Source: Solirubrobacterales bacterium (lineage in GTDB: Bacteria > Actinomycetota > Thermoleophilia > Solirubrobacterales > Solirubrobacteraceae). From it: a DNA stretch of 37,187 bases. Made by a program: the position numbers and the translations under genes. Positions 36,414 through 37,187 of the stretch are shown one piece after another. How positions within the stretch are numbered: the stretch's first letter is position 1; each line of letters begins with the position of its first letter. The stretch lies in assembly GCA_003244035.1 (NCBI GenBank), contig QHBV01000187.1, positions 1-37,187 of the forward strand, read 5' to 3'. The notes under the pieces were generated by a model. It was not told the origin of the DNA and did not search any database. It saw only the letters and a program-made list of their open reading frames with translations.

Positions 36414-37187
36414 CTACCGCTCGAGCTTGGGCGAGCGCCACGGCTCCCGCAGGCGCCGCTCGAGCTCGTCGCCGAGCGTCGCGATCGCGATCCGCTCCTG
36501 CGCGAGGCTGTCGCGGTCGCGCAGCGTGACCGTCCGGTCCTCGAGCGACTGGTGGTCGACCGTGATCGCCCACGGCGTGCCGATCTCGTCCTGGCGGCGG
36601 TAGCGGCGCCCGATCGCGCCGCCTTCGTCGTACTCCGCCTGGATGCGCTCGCGCAGCTCGCGATGGACCTCGTGCGCGAGCTCGGGCTGCCCGTCCTTGC
36701 GCACCAGCGGAAGCACGGCCACCTTCACCGGCGCCAGCAGCGGGTGCAGGCGCAGCACGGTCCGCTTCTCCCCTGCGATCTCGTCCTCGTCGTAGGCATC
36801 GAGGAGAAAAGCCAGCAGCGCCCGGTCCACCCCGGCGGCGGGCTCGATCACGTGGGGGACGTAGCGCTCGCCGGTCGCGGTGTCGACGTACTCGAGCTTC
36901 TGCCCGGAGCGCTCGGCGTGCGCCCCCAGATCGAAGTCGCCGCGATTGGCGATCCCCTCGAGCTCCGACCACCGGGCCTCGCCCGCGGAGGCGGCCGCCG
37001 GGAGCAGGTACTCGATGTCGCTGGTGGCGCTCGAGTAGTGCGAGAGCTCCTCGGGCTCGTGCGCTCGCAGGCGCAGGTGGTCGGGGCGGATCCCGAGCCG
37101 CGTGTACCAGTTCATCCGCTCCGAGCGCCAGCGCTCGTACCACCTCCCAGCCTCGGCCGGCGGCACGAAGTACTCCATCTCCATCTG
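36414..37187 (-). CDS. glyQS: Glycine--tRNA ligase (alpha2 type), 5' part outside the window
   Basis: QMEMEYF, LSHYS, ELEGIANRGDFDL, PHVIEPAAGVDR, IGRRYRRQDEIGTP. Confidence 0.96.
   Translation of the reverse strand, partial: QMEMEYFVPPAEAGRWYERWRSERMNWYTRLGIRPDHLRLRAHEPEELSHYSSATSDIEYLLPAAASAGEARWSELEGIANRGDFDLGAHAERSGQKLEYVDTATGERYVPHVIEPAAGVDRALLAFLLDAYDEDEIAGEKRTVLRLHPLLAPVKVAVLPLVRKDGQPELAHEVHRELRERIQAEYDEGGAIGRRYRRQDEIGTPWAITVDHQSLEDRTVTLRDRDSLAQERIAIATLGDELERRLREPWRSPKLER

Overview
High-GC actinobacterial chromosomal window. Gene content and style suggest Thermoleophilia/Solirubrobacterales, which is an inference. It is mostly core genome. Left part: a nucleotide-sugar dehydrogenase, a Bacillus-type large (Alu-domain) SRP RNA followed by dnaX-ybaB-recR, a GH3/NagZ-like protein with a degenerate catalytic motif, and ask-asd. 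Middle: an atypical succinate dehydrogenase operon (SdhA-SdhB-CCG/HdrB-like subunit plus a small ORF, no cytochrome b anchor), msrB, M50 and M32 peptidases, and icd-mdh. Right part: crcB-crcB-DUF190, hsp20-lon, a ubiA-dprE1-dprE2 operon divergent from a phosphodiester-glycosidase gene, an R2-like diiron/SCP2 fusion and a partial glyQS. No transposase, integrase, CRISPR, tRNA or rRNA was seen. The best candidate for something undescribed is a 22-bp element, ATCTGTTTTGTCGYGAGCCCTA (21/22 identical). It sits in the dnaX-ybaB-recR promoter and again, 18 kb away, upstream of a small coiled-coil/AT-hook/winged-helix protein built like a xenogeneic silencer or nucleoid protein. Other notable signals are a cluster of degenerate parS-like sites (or a structured RNA) upstream of the SRP RNA, pervasive near-leaderless promoters, and 11-bp-phased OmpR-type boxes upstream of ubiA. 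Family assignments come from motif recognition by eye; no searches were run.
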